The notes under the pieces are model-generated. The model was not told where the DNA came from, made no database searches, and saw only the letters and a list, made by a program, of their open reading frames with translations. Source: Planctomycetota bacterium (lineage in GTDB: Bacteria > Planctomycetota > UBA11346). Taken from it: a stretch of DNA of 64,000 nucleotides. The stretch lies in assembly GCA_013696105.1 (NCBI GenBank), contig JACCZE010000036.1, forward strand, positions 13,891 to 77,890, in the 5' to 3' direction. Every line of letters starts with the position of its first letter. Position 1 is the stretch's first letter. Position numbers and translations under genes: made by a program. Of this stretch, positions 10,401 through 19,338 are shown piece by piece.

Positions 10401-10714
10401 TTGGCGCCTGCTCCGAGCATGCTCAGCCCCTCGAAACGCTCGGCGACGGATCGCTTGCTGGTATATCCGTATTCGAGCAGGCGACGGGTCAAACTGACGC
10501 CGCGCAGGTTGTGTTCGGTGGTCGGATCAGTCGGTGCTCGGCGAGACGCCTGGTCCGCCGCGATCGAGGCTGCGTGCACTCCGGCGGGCGAGAAGCCGTT
10601 GGCGGGCACCGTGCGCGTGTATGTCGCGCCGGGCGCGGACGTCGGGCCTGGGGGAACCGAGGGCATTGCCAAGTATACCTCACGAAACCAGCGATGTCGC
10701 GCAACAGGCAACAC
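7496..10714 (-). CDS. transmembrane Ser/Thr protein kinase with ConA/LamG-like ectodomain and TPR-like C-terminal region
   Basis: 1072 aa. G-loop LGAGANGDVF, Lys in AVKFLK, catalytic loop HQDIKPDN, DWG in place of DFG, MSPE. One TM (FFWSLSAAATFAIALIVLIYG). Jelly-roll ectodomain at 8930..9481, followed by a long helical repeat region. The start may be the internal Met at 10666. Confidence 0.85.
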   Translation of the reverse strand: MLPVARHRWFREVYLAMPSVPPGPTSAPGATYTRTVPANGFSPAGVHAASIAADQASRRAPTDPTTEHNLRGVSLTRRLLEYGYTSKRSVAERFEGLSMLGAGANGDVFSVEDNNLQREIAVKFLKGAAPVAEDIDQFIDEAQITASLQHPNVLPVYEIDVNDRGRVYFTMKKIEGRSLGDLLSISTLQQRDSRIASFNQLVSIFVNLGHALSYAHDRGIVHQDIKPDNVMLGNYGEILLVDWGSAFRISDSDHRQFGTPLYMSPEQARLEGSDRLSDVWCLGATLFHALTLRPPMWCDREEEFWHRKRAGEFDLPTETECKAVPVQLLDIALKAMSSDPARRYRSIAELVADLEGYQAGLAVSAHRDTLFEKATRWYRRNARFFWSLSAAATFAIALIVLIYGEKLKEIATWGSPILVEEFSDDTWITRWKPVLGSFVRRDGRLVSASDGESLIFHPQRLLGDTAIEYDCEVLPGAHIGDLSVFYVREGDIEPDHLPEESDFNAYRLQFGGFAGAYTALTGPGFIQLSYCDAVPVPGRRYHVRVEIMGRRITCSIDGVRVCEHEDPLPFTGGYLMLYSFYRNHAFDDIRIYSHGIAQKISATAIGDAFLQQRLFAQAAAQYAKVAASHPGSRIGDEARFKQGLSQFLSGDHGAATAIWDAMAGLGWDEDITLRRLEILYQEKRHERVAAAIGDLYAHANAEFRKRIVIQWMLFAGRLANRVRYSGESSDGLADYIGVHDRMFPGERLADRTMADALAAFWRYEEVLDRFPKERSARLIALAGLQRDDQLLLEFADDPEVVIETLTRMGRSAEIPNRLPGIEEPTYGLVVRGSIDRVVAAHPEDMWARLATGRCDEIFADPRAHSDFRRRAAVLANRIDQLTGNFLEHPLVLLSQGRTAYALDRYQNILPHAKLVRHAAGLEAAIAGDSARALSLLDVESFEVTQFNPFALSRAAVVPFIRELLGDADAVERSGVQIIAQRRYAYEQQLWYDASFIAGSIDQATFLAQPHGLCAPAHLLICQAVRAERNHHVVEALAHYRAYLALPLWRRDLDSDPVTDRFARWRITVLAAQ

Positions 10715-10904
10715 AACGCCAGTGCATATATGGATCTACGACGAAGCCACGGCTGCTTTCACTCGGGATGGTGGCGGCGCATCGGAGCCATGGCTCGCTC
10801 CATTCGGCGGGTCGACATCAATCCGCTCCATACTCCGCCATGATCCATCCATCTCGTCAGGTGTTCCATGCTGATACGATCGTGGCGTCCCTTCACAACC
10901 CGGG

Positions 10905-13900
10905 GTGATCATGCAAACCACGATCTGTGCGCCGAACGCTCCGGTGGCCGCTGGCCACAGCGCTTTCTCCCACCTCGCGATCCTCATGGCTGGAGTGGTC
11001 CTTCAGGTCGCTTCGTCCAGTTCATGGGCCGCGGATCCCACCCCCACCACCGGATACACCTTCCTCGCATATCATTCCGGAGCGACCTCGGTTCCGGCGA
11101 CGGATTGCCGCCTCGAATCGCTGCAGCCGTGGAACGGCAGGATCCATTCCTCCTTCAGCGCCACCGAGGATGGCCCGGCATTCCTCGCGGCCTTCGATCC
11201 CCAGAGCAACACCTTTGGTCCTGCCTGGCAGGCCGGAACCAAGTACGTCGATCGCCTGAAGCCGATCGGCGGCAAGCTGTACGCCTCTTCGGGTCGGAAT
11301 ATCGGACCGGTTGCCGGCAATCTGTTCGTCGCAGATGCGGCGGGCACCTGGTCGACGATCATGTTCGAACCGAAGGCGTTGCACATCTACGAGGTCACTG
11401 CCCTCGGCACCGATATCTTCGCCTTCGGTTCCGGACCCGAAGGTTCGATGCCCACCGGCGTGGCCTACCGCAGCACCGATGGTGGAGCTACCTACACCAT
11501 CTCGTACGAACACGCGACCGATCCCTACCTCAGCGCCCAGGAACAGCGGAATTGGCCGCAATGGCTGACGCGTTGTTATTTGGGAGGCGTCCTCAACGGA
11601 AAGCTTTACACCCAGGAAATCCAATATGTCCCGGCACCGGTCGGCAGCGAATATGTCGAGGCGCCCTACGATATTTATATGCTGCCGACGGCCAGTGCGC
11701 GCGTCTTCGATCCGGCAGTCGGCTCCTGGAAGCCTGCTCCGCGGATGTTCCCCGCGTCGATCACTCGCGCCCGCGGATACGCGCAGGCCAACTTCCTCGG
11801 CAAGCTCGTCTACCAGACCGCCGGTCCTTACAGCGCCGCCGAGTTCCTGAACAACGACCTGTTCACCTACGACGGTGCGCAGGCGACGCTGGTCACGATG
11901 CCGAGCAAGATCAAGAATTTCATCGTCGACGGATCCTACCTCTATGCATTGGGGTCGGATTCGGTGGTCAGACGGACAGCGGACTTGCAGAACTGGACGG
12001 TGATGGGCACGGCCCCCGCCATCTCGCGCTCGCTCACGGTGATGAACGGTCGCATCTACATCGGTGGCGGCGATGCGGGCATCTATGTCCTGGGTAACGG
12101 TCAGCAGCCTCCGTCCAACCAATCCCCGGTGGCCCGCGCCACCCCACAGACATTCAGCGGCACGGCGCCGGCGACCGTGTCCTTCAGCGGTGCGGGGTCG
12201 ACCGATGCGGATGGCACCATCGCTTCCTATGCGTGGGTGTTCGGCGACGGCACGACCGGTTCGGGGAGGACCATCAACCACACCTACACCAACGCCAATA
12301 CGTACACGACGACCCTGACCGTGACCGACAACCTCGGTGCGATGAACGCGGTTTCCATGACGATCACCGTCACCGCACCCGCTCCCGGCAACCAGGCGCC
12401 GGTCGCGCGGGTTACCGCGAGCACGACCACCGGCACCGCGCCGATGGCGGTGTCCTTCGACGGCTCGGGCTCGACGGATGCCGACGGCACGATCGCCTCG
12501 TATGCGTGGGATTTCGGCGACGGCACCTACGGCTCGGGAGTGAGCGCGAGCCACACCTACACCGCTGCCGGTACCTACACCGCGCGACTGACCGTGACCG
12601 ACAATGCCGGTGCGACGAACATGAAGCCTCAGATGATCACCGTGACTGCGCCGCCCCCGTCAGCCAGCGGTCCGATGGCGGCATGGAACTTCGATGAGAA
12701 CAGCGGCTCGACCGCAGCGGATGCCACCGGCAACGGCCATACCGGCACGCTGCTCTCCGGAGCCGCATGGGCGGCGGGGAAAACCGGCGCGGCGGTGTCG
12801 TTCGACGGCGCGAACGGCCAGGTCTCGGTTCCGGATTTCGACCCGCCCACCGACGTGACCCTGGAAGCGTGGATCTACCCGGCCCAGAGCTCGGGCGTCG
12901 ATCGCATCATCATCAACAAGGATAACAGCGAGTACGACTTCCGAATCGATGAACGCGGCAACCTCTTCGGCCAGGTCGGCAACGTGGGGCTCACCGCCAC
13001 CGCATTCGATGTCGGCAGCGCGGCCAACGCCAATCGCTGGTACCACATCGCCTACACCTTCAACGCGGCGACGGACACGGCCAAGCTCTACCGCGACGGG
13101 GTCGAGGTCGCCAGCGGTACGAACACCGCGAGCATCTCGAACCAGGCGACCGAGCTGCGCATCGGCCGGCACAGCCAATTCGACTTCGGCACCTTCGCCG
13201 GGCGCATCGACCAGGTGCGCATCTTCGCCCGCGCGCTGAGCGCGTCCGAAGTTCAGACCGATGCGACCGTCCAGCCGCCGCAGCCGACCGGTCTGATCGC
13301 GCGTTGGCGCCTGGACGAGGGCAGCGGTACCGTCGCCGCGGACGCCTCCGGCAACAACCGCACCGGCACGCTCGGCTCCGGCGCCGCCTGGGCCGCGGGC
13401 AAAGCAGGTACGGCGGCCAGCTTCAACGGTTCGAACGGCCAGATATCGGTGCCGGACTTCAACCCGCCGACCGACCTGACGCTGGAAGCGTGGATCTATC
13501 CCGGCCAGGCATCCGGCATGGATCGCATCATCATCAACAAGCACAACAGCGAGTACGATCTGCGCATCGACACCAACGGCAATCTCGCTGGCCAGGTCGG
13601 CAACATCAGCCTGGTGGCCACCGGTTTCGACTTTGGCAGCGCGGCCAACGCCGATCGCTGGTACCATGTCGCCTATACCTTCGACGCCTCGACCAAAACC
13701 GCCAAGCTCTATCGCGATGCCGTCGAGGTCGCGAGCGGCACGAACACAGCGAGCATATCGAACCAGGCGACGGAGCTGCGCATCGGCCGGCACAGTCAGT
13801 TCGACTTCGGCTCGTTCCTCGGACGCATCGACGATGTCCGCATCTACGACCGCGCGTTGGCTGGGTCGGAGGTGTCCTCCGATTCGCAGAATCCAGCCGC

Positions 13901-14072
13901 GGGCAGTACGGTGGCAACGCAGGTCGTCGCCGATGCTGCGAGCCAGGCGAGCGGCTCTCCATCGCGCGGCTGCGGACTCGGCACTGGCGTGGCGATGATC
14001 CTCCTGGCGCTCGGCCTCGCTTCGGCTCATCGTGGCGGACATCGGGATCGCCGACCGCAGGCTCGCAGCTGA
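10905..14072 (+). CDS. secreted BNR/Asp-box beta-propeller-like protein - PKD - PKD - LamG - LamG - Cys-containing C-terminal tail
   Basis: 1055 aa with signal peptide ...HLAILMAGVVLQVASSSSWAA. Asp-box-like YRSTDGGATYT. PKD domains at 12117..12374 and 12390..12650. LamG modules at 12669..13259 and 13290..13874. Tail SPSRGCGLGTGVAMILLALGLASAHRGGHRDRR at 13947..14069. Confidence 0.8.
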   Translation: MIMQTTICAPNAPVAAGHSAFSHLAILMAGVVLQVASSSSWAADPTPTTGYTFLAYHSGATSVPATDCRLESLQPWNGRIHSSFSATEDGPAFLAAFDPQSNTFGPAWQAGTKYVDRLKPIGGKLYASSGRNIGPVAGNLFVADAAGTWSTIMFEPKALHIYEVTALGTDIFAFGSGPEGSMPTGVAYRSTDGGATYTISYEHATDPYLSAQEQRNWPQWLTRCYLGGVLNGKLYTQEIQYVPAPVGSEYVEAPYDIYMLPTASARVFDPAVGSWKPAPRMFPASITRARGYAQANFLGKLVYQTAGPYSAAEFLNNDLFTYDGAQATLVTMPSKIKNFIVDGSYLYALGSDSVVRRTADLQNWTVMGTAPAISRSLTVMNGRIYIGGGDAGIYVLGNGQQPPSNQSPVARATPQTFSGTAPATVSFSGAGSTDADGTIASYAWVFGDGTTGSGRTINHTYTNANTYTTTLTVTDNLGAMNAVSMTITVTAPAPGNQAPVARVTASTTTGTAPMAVSFDGSGSTDADGTIASYAWDFGDGTYGSGVSASHTYTAAGTYTARLTVTDNAGATNMKPQMITVTAPPPSASGPMAAWNFDENSGSTAADATGNGHTGTLLSGAAWAAGKTGAAVSFDGANGQVSVPDFDPPTDVTLEAWIYPAQSSGVDRIIINKDNSEYDFRIDERGNLFGQVGNVGLTATAFDVGSAANANRWYHIAYTFNAATDTAKLYRDGVEVASGTNTASISNQATELRIGRHSQFDFGTFAGRIDQVRIFARALSASEVQTDATVQPPQPTGLIARWRLDEGSGTVAADASGNNRTGTLGSGAAWAAGKAGTAASFNGSNGQISVPDFNPPTDLTLEAWIYPGQASGMDRIIINKHNSEYDLRIDTNGNLAGQVGNISLVATGFDFGSAANADRWYHVAYTFDASTKTAKLYRDAVEVASGTNTASISNQATELRIGRHSQFDFGSFLGRIDDVRIYDRALAGSEVSSDSQNPAAGSTVATQVVADAASQASGSPSRGCGLGTGVAMILLALGLASAHRGGHRDRRPQARS

Positions 14073-14236
14073 TCACATCGGCCGGCAATCAGCAGCGCGC
14101 CTCGTCATCGGGATGTACCTGGGCTGCTTGGGCTGCTTGGGCTGGGCTCGCTTTCGCTGCCCCGACGGAATCAGCCCGCTGTCATCACGACCCCGGAACA
14201 GGAGCGATCGCAGGTCGCGCCGGGGCGTGATGGCTG

Positions 14237-14265
14237 GGCAGGCCCCTGGTTTTCAGCGGCCTGCC
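14237..14265. terminator. candidate bidirectional stem-loop between convergent genes
   Basis: GGCAGGCC (14237..14244) and GGCCTGCC (14258..14265) form an 8-bp GC stem around a 13-nt loop containing TTTT. It lies between the stops at 14072 (+) and 14284 (-). The loop is long and there is no clean U-tract. Confidence 0.3.
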
Positions 14266-14283
14266 GCATGCACCATCATGCCG

Positions 14284-17200
14284 CTACGACTGCGCACGCC
14301 GCACCCGTCGCTCCCAATACCAGGCGTACACGCAGGGAACGGTGAACACGGACACCAGGTTCACGCACATGCCGCCGATGATCGGCAGGGCCATGGGGGT
14401 CATGATCTCGGAGCCGCGACCATCGAGCCAGAGCACGGGGGCGAGGGCTGCGATCGCAACGACGTTGGTCATCAGTGCGGGCCGGATGCGGCGGAGGCCT
14501 CCGGCGATCACCCGTTGCCGCACCGCCTGGACGTCGGCGGGAACATCCTTGAAGAGCTGATCGAGATAGATCCCGATCAGGATGCCGTCGTTGAACATGG
14601 TTCCCAGGAGGGCGAGGAAGCCCACTGCCACAGCGATGGTCAGCTGGACATCCCACGCCCACAGCGCCAGCAGCGCTCCCCCGACGGTGACGGGCAGATT
14701 CGCGCAGACGATGACAGCCGTGGTCATCCAGCGCCGGGTGCCCAGGTAGATCAGGATGACCATGAGGCACAGCGAAGCGCCGATCACCACCCGCATGATG
14801 CGGTCCGCGCGCGCTTGATTCTCTGATCGTCCGACCCAGCGATAGGTGGTGTTCGCGGGCTGCTCCAGCGACCCGTCGCGGATGGCCGAGGCGATACGTC
14901 GATTGCTTTCGGCCACGACCTCCTGTGCGACTCCTTCGGCCGGATTCATGAAGACATGAGATACGCGCTTGCCGTTCTCGGAGCGCACGCTCATCGGCCC
15001 GATCGTCCAGGTCAGCGCGTGCGGATGGGGACGTATCGAGTCCAGGCGCATTCGCCCGCTCGCGAGAGCGAGGGCGATCGCCGGTGGAAGCGACTCGCCT
15101 GCGGGCACGGTCATCTCCACCTTCCCAGGCGCGACGATGGTCAGGTTGCGCGCATGCTCGGGGGTGAGCCCGCGTCGGATGTCGAGCGGGTCGAGAGCGG
15201 GATCGCATGTCAGCAGGTGGATCTGGGGTGGCTTCACCAGGCTCGAGAGCGTGATCGCACCATGGCCTCCGACCATGAGGCCGACCTGGGTCAGCGCCAA
15301 TTCGTCGGGGTCATCACGCCGCTCGCGCGCATACCGCAGGCGCACCGCATAGCGCTGGTTGGCTTCGATGGTCGCGGCCACCGGCATGCCCCCGAGGGCA
15401 GCCTCGACCGACATCATGGCCCCCTCGCGGTCGAGCCCGTAGCGCGCCAAGCGCTGATCATCGAGCCGCACCTCGGCATAGGGCTTGCCGTCCTCGCGTT
15501 GGGCGCTGACGTCCACCGCACCTGGAACCAGCCGCAGGATGCGTTCGACCGCTTCGGTGAAGCGTTGGACATCGTGGCGGTCATCCCCGGCCACCTGCAG
15601 TGCCACTGGGCTCTTGATGCCATCGGCGAGCATGACGACGCGGGCCTCGATCGGCTGCAGCCAGGAAGGCGCGACCCCGGGAATATCGGTCGCTTCAGCG
15701 AGCGCGGCGCGCACCTCGGTCAACGTCCGGGGCCGGCGCTCGGTCGTTCCACCTGGCGTCGGCACATCGACCTCGGGCCAATCGCGGTAGGGCTTCAACT
15801 GGATCACCGTCTCGACCATGCCGGTGGGGGCGGGGTCGAGCCCACTCTCGGCGCGGCCGAGCTTGCCCATCAGGGAGGCGACCTCAGGGACCGCGGCGAT
15901 CGCGCGATTCTGGCTCTGCATGATGCGCAGGGACTCGCCGATGCCCCCTTGGGAGAGGATGCTGGGCATGAACAGCAATCCCCCTTCATCCAAGGGCGGC
16001 AGGAAGCCATCGCCCAGTCCCGGGAAAGCAGCTCTCAACCAGCGATCCGCACCCGTGGTCCGCAGGTCCACGCCGCAGGATCCAGCGACCGCACGCAGAG
16101 GCGCGGACAACCGGGAGTAACCGCTGCCCGCCAGGAATCCCGCCACCGCGATGAGCACACACGTGCCGAGGAAAAGCCGTTTGTGATCAAGGATCCGCGT
16201 CAGGATCCAGCGGTAGGCGACCTGGATCCCATGGCTGACCGGCGCCTGCGATGCTGGCCTGAGACGTTCTCCGCCGAAGGTCCACACCACCCAGGCGGAG
16301 AGCATGCCCATCACCGGCGCGGCGACCCATCCCGATACCTCGATGCGCCAACGACCATGATCCATCGGCACCGCGAACCCGTTGGCGAAGCAGAAGACGA
16401 CGATCGCACCGATGATGACAGCGGCTGCGATGCGGATCCACCGAGGCGCCTGCCATGGCGGCAGGAGGAGACGGCAGAGCATCGGCACCAGGAAGAGTCC
16501 GAAGATGGCAGCGGAGGCGATCGCCAGGGTCTTGGTCGCCGCAAGCGGTGCGAACAGGCGACCTGCCTGTCCATCGAGGGCGAATATGGGCACGAACCCG
16601 ACGATGGTGGTGAGGCTGGCCGTGATGATCGCGGGCGAAACCTCGCTCACTCCGCTGCGCACGGTCTCGACGATCCGCGCGTCCCACGGCGATCCGGGCA
16701 TGGACTCGCCCGCTTCGGCCAAGCGCTGCTGCAGCGCGGTCAGGCGCTGGAAGATGTTCTCGGCGACGACGATCCCCATGTCGACCATCACGCCGATCGC
16801 GATCGCGATCCCGGCCAGGCTCATGAGATTGGCTGGGATTCCGCAGGAATGCATGGCGAGGAAGGTGGCGAACAAGCCCAAGGGCAAGGTGATCGAGATC
16901 GCGATGCACGAGCGCACATGCATGAGGAACGCCATCACCACCAGGATCGTCACGATCAGCTCGTGCATCATCGTGTGATGGAGCGTCGCTCGCGTCTCCT
17001 GGATCAGCAGCGACCGATCGTAATACGGTACGACTTCCAGCTCGTCGCGAGCGAGCGCCGACGACAATTCGTCCAGGCGGGCGCGCACGAGCTGGATCAC
17101 CGACGTGGGGTCGGCTCCTCGGCGCATAGAGACGATGACGCCTGCCTGCTCGCCGTGCTCGTCGCTCAGGATGCCTTGTCTGGAGGCGCCGCCCACGCTG

Positions 17201-17976
17201 ATGGTGGCGATGTCCTTCAGGAACAGACCCGCTCCGGATTTCCGCTCGCCACGCACGATGATGGATTCGACATCTCCAACCGAGCGCAACGCCCCCACCC
17301 CTCGGACCATGGCTTCCAGGCCAGCATTCTCGACGCTCATGGCTCCCACGTCGCGCCCAGAGCGCTGGAGCGCCATCGCCACCATCTCCATGCTGAGCCC
17401 CTGCTCCTCGAGGCGCAGCGGATCGACATCGACGTGGTATTCGCGCACGACTCCGCCGACCGGAGCGGCTTCTGCGACACCGGGAATCGATCTCAGACTG
17501 GGAACGATGGTCTGGTCGATGATGCGACGACGTGCCTCGATGTCGCGTGGGCCCTGCACGGTGAACGCGAAGACCTGGCTCATCGCGGTGGTGTCGGGGG
17601 CGATCCGCGCGACCACATCCTTCGGCAGGTGGCCCTGTAGGCTGCTCAGGCGTTCGATGATCGCAGCACGCGCATCCGCGATGCCGACCCCCGCAGAGAA
17701 AAGCACCTGGACGAATGCCGCGCCTGGCAACGTCGTTCCCCGCACGGTGCGGGCTCCGGCGACGCCTTGGAGGTCTGAAGCGATGCGCGATGTGACTTGG
17801 ACGTAGACATCCTCCGGGCTGCGCCCCGGCCACTGAGCCGTGACCACCACCTGCGGGTCCGACAGGTCGGGAATCGCGTCGACGGCGAGACGCTGGTATG
17901 CCCAGTACCCGCTCGCCAGGATCGCGATCGCCAGGGTGGCGATGATCAGCGGATTGCGGATCGCGAGCGCGATCAT
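14284..17976 (-). CDS. heavy-metal-efflux (HME) RND transporter, CusA/CzcA-like
   Basis: 1230 aa. N-terminus MIALAIRNPLII...AVDAIPDLSDPQVVVTAQWPGRSPEDV resembles CusA. TM4 HME motif GIAIAIGVMVDMGIVVAENIFQRL (compare CusA AVGAMVDAAIVMIEN). 12-TM RND layout. Longer than typical ~1040-aa members. Confidence 0.9.
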   Translation of the reverse strand: MIALAIRNPLIIATLAIAILASGYWAYQRLAVDAIPDLSDPQVVVTAQWPGRSPEDVYVQVTSRIASDLQGVAGARTVRGTTLPGAAFVQVLFSAGVGIADARAAIIERLSSLQGHLPKDVVARIAPDTTAMSQVFAFTVQGPRDIEARRRIIDQTIVPSLRSIPGVAEAAPVGGVVREYHVDVDPLRLEEQGLSMEMVAMALQRSGRDVGAMSVENAGLEAMVRGVGALRSVGDVESIIVRGERKSGAGLFLKDIATISVGGASRQGILSDEHGEQAGVIVSMRRGADPTSVIQLVRARLDELSSALARDELEVVPYYDRSLLIQETRATLHHTMMHELIVTILVVMAFLMHVRSCIAISITLPLGLFATFLAMHSCGIPANLMSLAGIAIAIGVMVDMGIVVAENIFQRLTALQQRLAEAGESMPGSPWDARIVETVRSGVSEVSPAIITASLTTIVGFVPIFALDGQAGRLFAPLAATKTLAIASAAIFGLFLVPMLCRLLLPPWQAPRWIRIAAAVIIGAIVVFCFANGFAVPMDHGRWRIEVSGWVAAPVMGMLSAWVVWTFGGERLRPASQAPVSHGIQVAYRWILTRILDHKRLFLGTCVLIAVAGFLAGSGYSRLSAPLRAVAGSCGVDLRTTGADRWLRAAFPGLGDGFLPPLDEGGLLFMPSILSQGGIGESLRIMQSQNRAIAAVPEVASLMGKLGRAESGLDPAPTGMVETVIQLKPYRDWPEVDVPTPGGTTERRPRTLTEVRAALAEATDIPGVAPSWLQPIEARVVMLADGIKSPVALQVAGDDRHDVQRFTEAVERILRLVPGAVDVSAQREDGKPYAEVRLDDQRLARYGLDREGAMMSVEAALGGMPVAATIEANQRYAVRLRYARERRDDPDELALTQVGLMVGGHGAITLSSLVKPPQIHLLTCDPALDPLDIRRGLTPEHARNLTIVAPGKVEMTVPAGESLPPAIALALASGRMRLDSIRPHPHALTWTIGPMSVRSENGKRVSHVFMNPAEGVAQEVVAESNRRIASAIRDGSLEQPANTTYRWVGRSENQARADRIMRVVIGASLCLMVILIYLGTRRWMTTAVIVCANLPVTVGGALLALWAWDVQLTIAVAVGFLALLGTMFNDGILIGIYLDQLFKDVPADVQAVRQRVIAGGLRRIRPALMTNVVAIAALAPVLWLDGRGSEIMTPMALPIIGGMCVNLVSVFTVPCVYAWYWERRVRRAQS

Positions 17977-17981
17977 GACGT

Positions 17982-19310
17982 TCAGGGCCGCGCAGGTGGC
18001 ACGGAACCGTCCGGGAACAGCAGGCAGGGAGTGCCCGCTAGCTGCGCCTGGCTATCGATCAGGAATGCGCCCTGGGTCGCGACGACATCGCCAGCGCTCA
18101 ATCCGGACAGCACGATGTAGCGGTCGTCGCCGTGTGCATCTTCCAGGCGGGGACCCAAGACGAGTTCGGCCAGCACGAACGACTTCCCATCTGACATCTG
18201 TTTCCAGGCGACGTTCCGCACTCCCGTTGACAGCACGGCGCTCTTGGGGACCTGGACGAAGGTGCCCCAGGATGTGGCATCATCGGGATCGGCTGCTTCG
18301 AGATCCTCGCCGATGTTCGCCTGGAAGCGCGCTGAGATCATCGACCCGCCGAAGATGCGATGCTTGGCATCCTCCACGAATACGCGCGCCTCTCGAGCCC
18401 GGATATCGGGAAGGATGTCGGGCGACAACCAGCCGATGCGCGCATCGAGGTCCGGCATCTCCCCGTGATCATCCGAGGCGACGATGACGCGCTGTCCGAC
18501 ACGCAAGAATCGCGACTGCATTTCGGGCACGTGGACGATCAGGGTCAGCGACACGGGAGCCAACGTGAACAAGGTCTGGTAGCGCTGGATGGATCCGCCG
18601 GCGCGCAGCCGTGGAACCGGCTTGCCGTCGGGAAGACGCTCGGGAAACGAGAGCCGCCCAGCGAACGGACTGACGATCGATACGGTCTCGGACGGCTGAG
18701 CCCCCGCGAGGATCGCCTGGCTCACATGGGCGAGGCCCCAACCCGCGAACTGTTCGGAAACAGAGGAGATCACCTGCTGGTTGCCCTCGCGATGTGCGTC
18801 GGCGAGCTGCCGTTGCAGTGCGGCGATTGCCGGGCTGGTGACGTCGATCAAGGGCTCGCCAGCTGCGACGTCCGACTCGCGGGCGAGCATGGGCGTATGC
18901 AGCCGAACCACCTCGCAGTCGAAGAAGCTGGTGATGATGCGCTGGAAGCGCGCATCATAATGGGCGGTTCCATATCCGCGCACCTGCACCTGCGCCGGTC
19001 CCGAGGCGACGGACACCGTACTGATACCCATGCGGCGCCGTTGCTGGGAGGTCAGCGCTCCAGCCTGCACCATCTCCATGACCATGCCACACTGCGGACA
19101 CCGCCCGTCCTGGGTGCGGGGACCGACATAATCCATCATCGCGCAGGCCCAACGCTCGTCTGCAGATGCGGCGGTCGAGGTTCCGCTGCTCGTGGTGGCT
19201 GATCTGATCCCCGTCAGCAACCAGACCGAAACGATCACCACGACCACGACCACGACCACACCGAGCAGCGAAGCGAGCAGACTCCGACGTCTTCCGAGGT
19301 GCAGCGTCAT
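17982..19310 (-). CDS. RND periplasmic adaptor (CusB-like) with N-terminal CxxC heavy-metal-binding module
   Basis: 442 aa with N-terminal TM. MMDYVGPRTQDGRCPQCGMVMEMV resembles the HMBD module of CusB-type adaptors. Barrel-sandwich/beta-barrel-like remainder. Stop lies 5 nt before the RND start. Confidence 0.85.
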   Translation of the reverse strand: MTLHLGRRRSLLASLLGVVVVVVVVIVSVWLLTGIRSATTSSGTSTAASADERWACAMMDYVGPRTQDGRCPQCGMVMEMVQAGALTSQQRRRMGISTVSVASGPAQVQVRGYGTAHYDARFQRIITSFFDCEVVRLHTPMLARESDVAAGEPLIDVTSPAIAALQRQLADAHREGNQQVISSVSEQFAGWGLAHVSQAILAGAQPSETVSIVSPFAGRLSFPERLPDGKPVPRLRAGGSIQRYQTLFTLAPVSLTLIVHVPEMQSRFLRVGQRVIVASDDHGEMPDLDARIGWLSPDILPDIRAREARVFVEDAKHRIFGGSMISARFQANIGEDLEAADPDDATSWGTFVQVPKSAVLSTGVRNVAWKQMSDGKSFVLAELVLGPRLEDAHGDDRYIVLSGLSAGDVVATQGAFLIDSQAQLAGTPCLLFPDGSVPPARP

Positions 19311-19338
19311 CCCCTACTCGCTCCGACCGCGCGAATGA

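Noticed and set aside
14956-17640. 894-aa plus-strand ORF, plus other long ORFs opposite or out of frame to real genes (1408..2808, 12660..14042, 20581..22164, 28336..30468, 34721..37093, 34758..36317, 43922..45319, 61842..63257)
   Set aside because: All overlap genes with clear family motifs (RND pump, hydrolases, LamG/PKD proteins, FG-GAP protein, TPR-like protein, VgrG). Their translations are low-complexity R/G/A/D/H strings with no recognisable domains.
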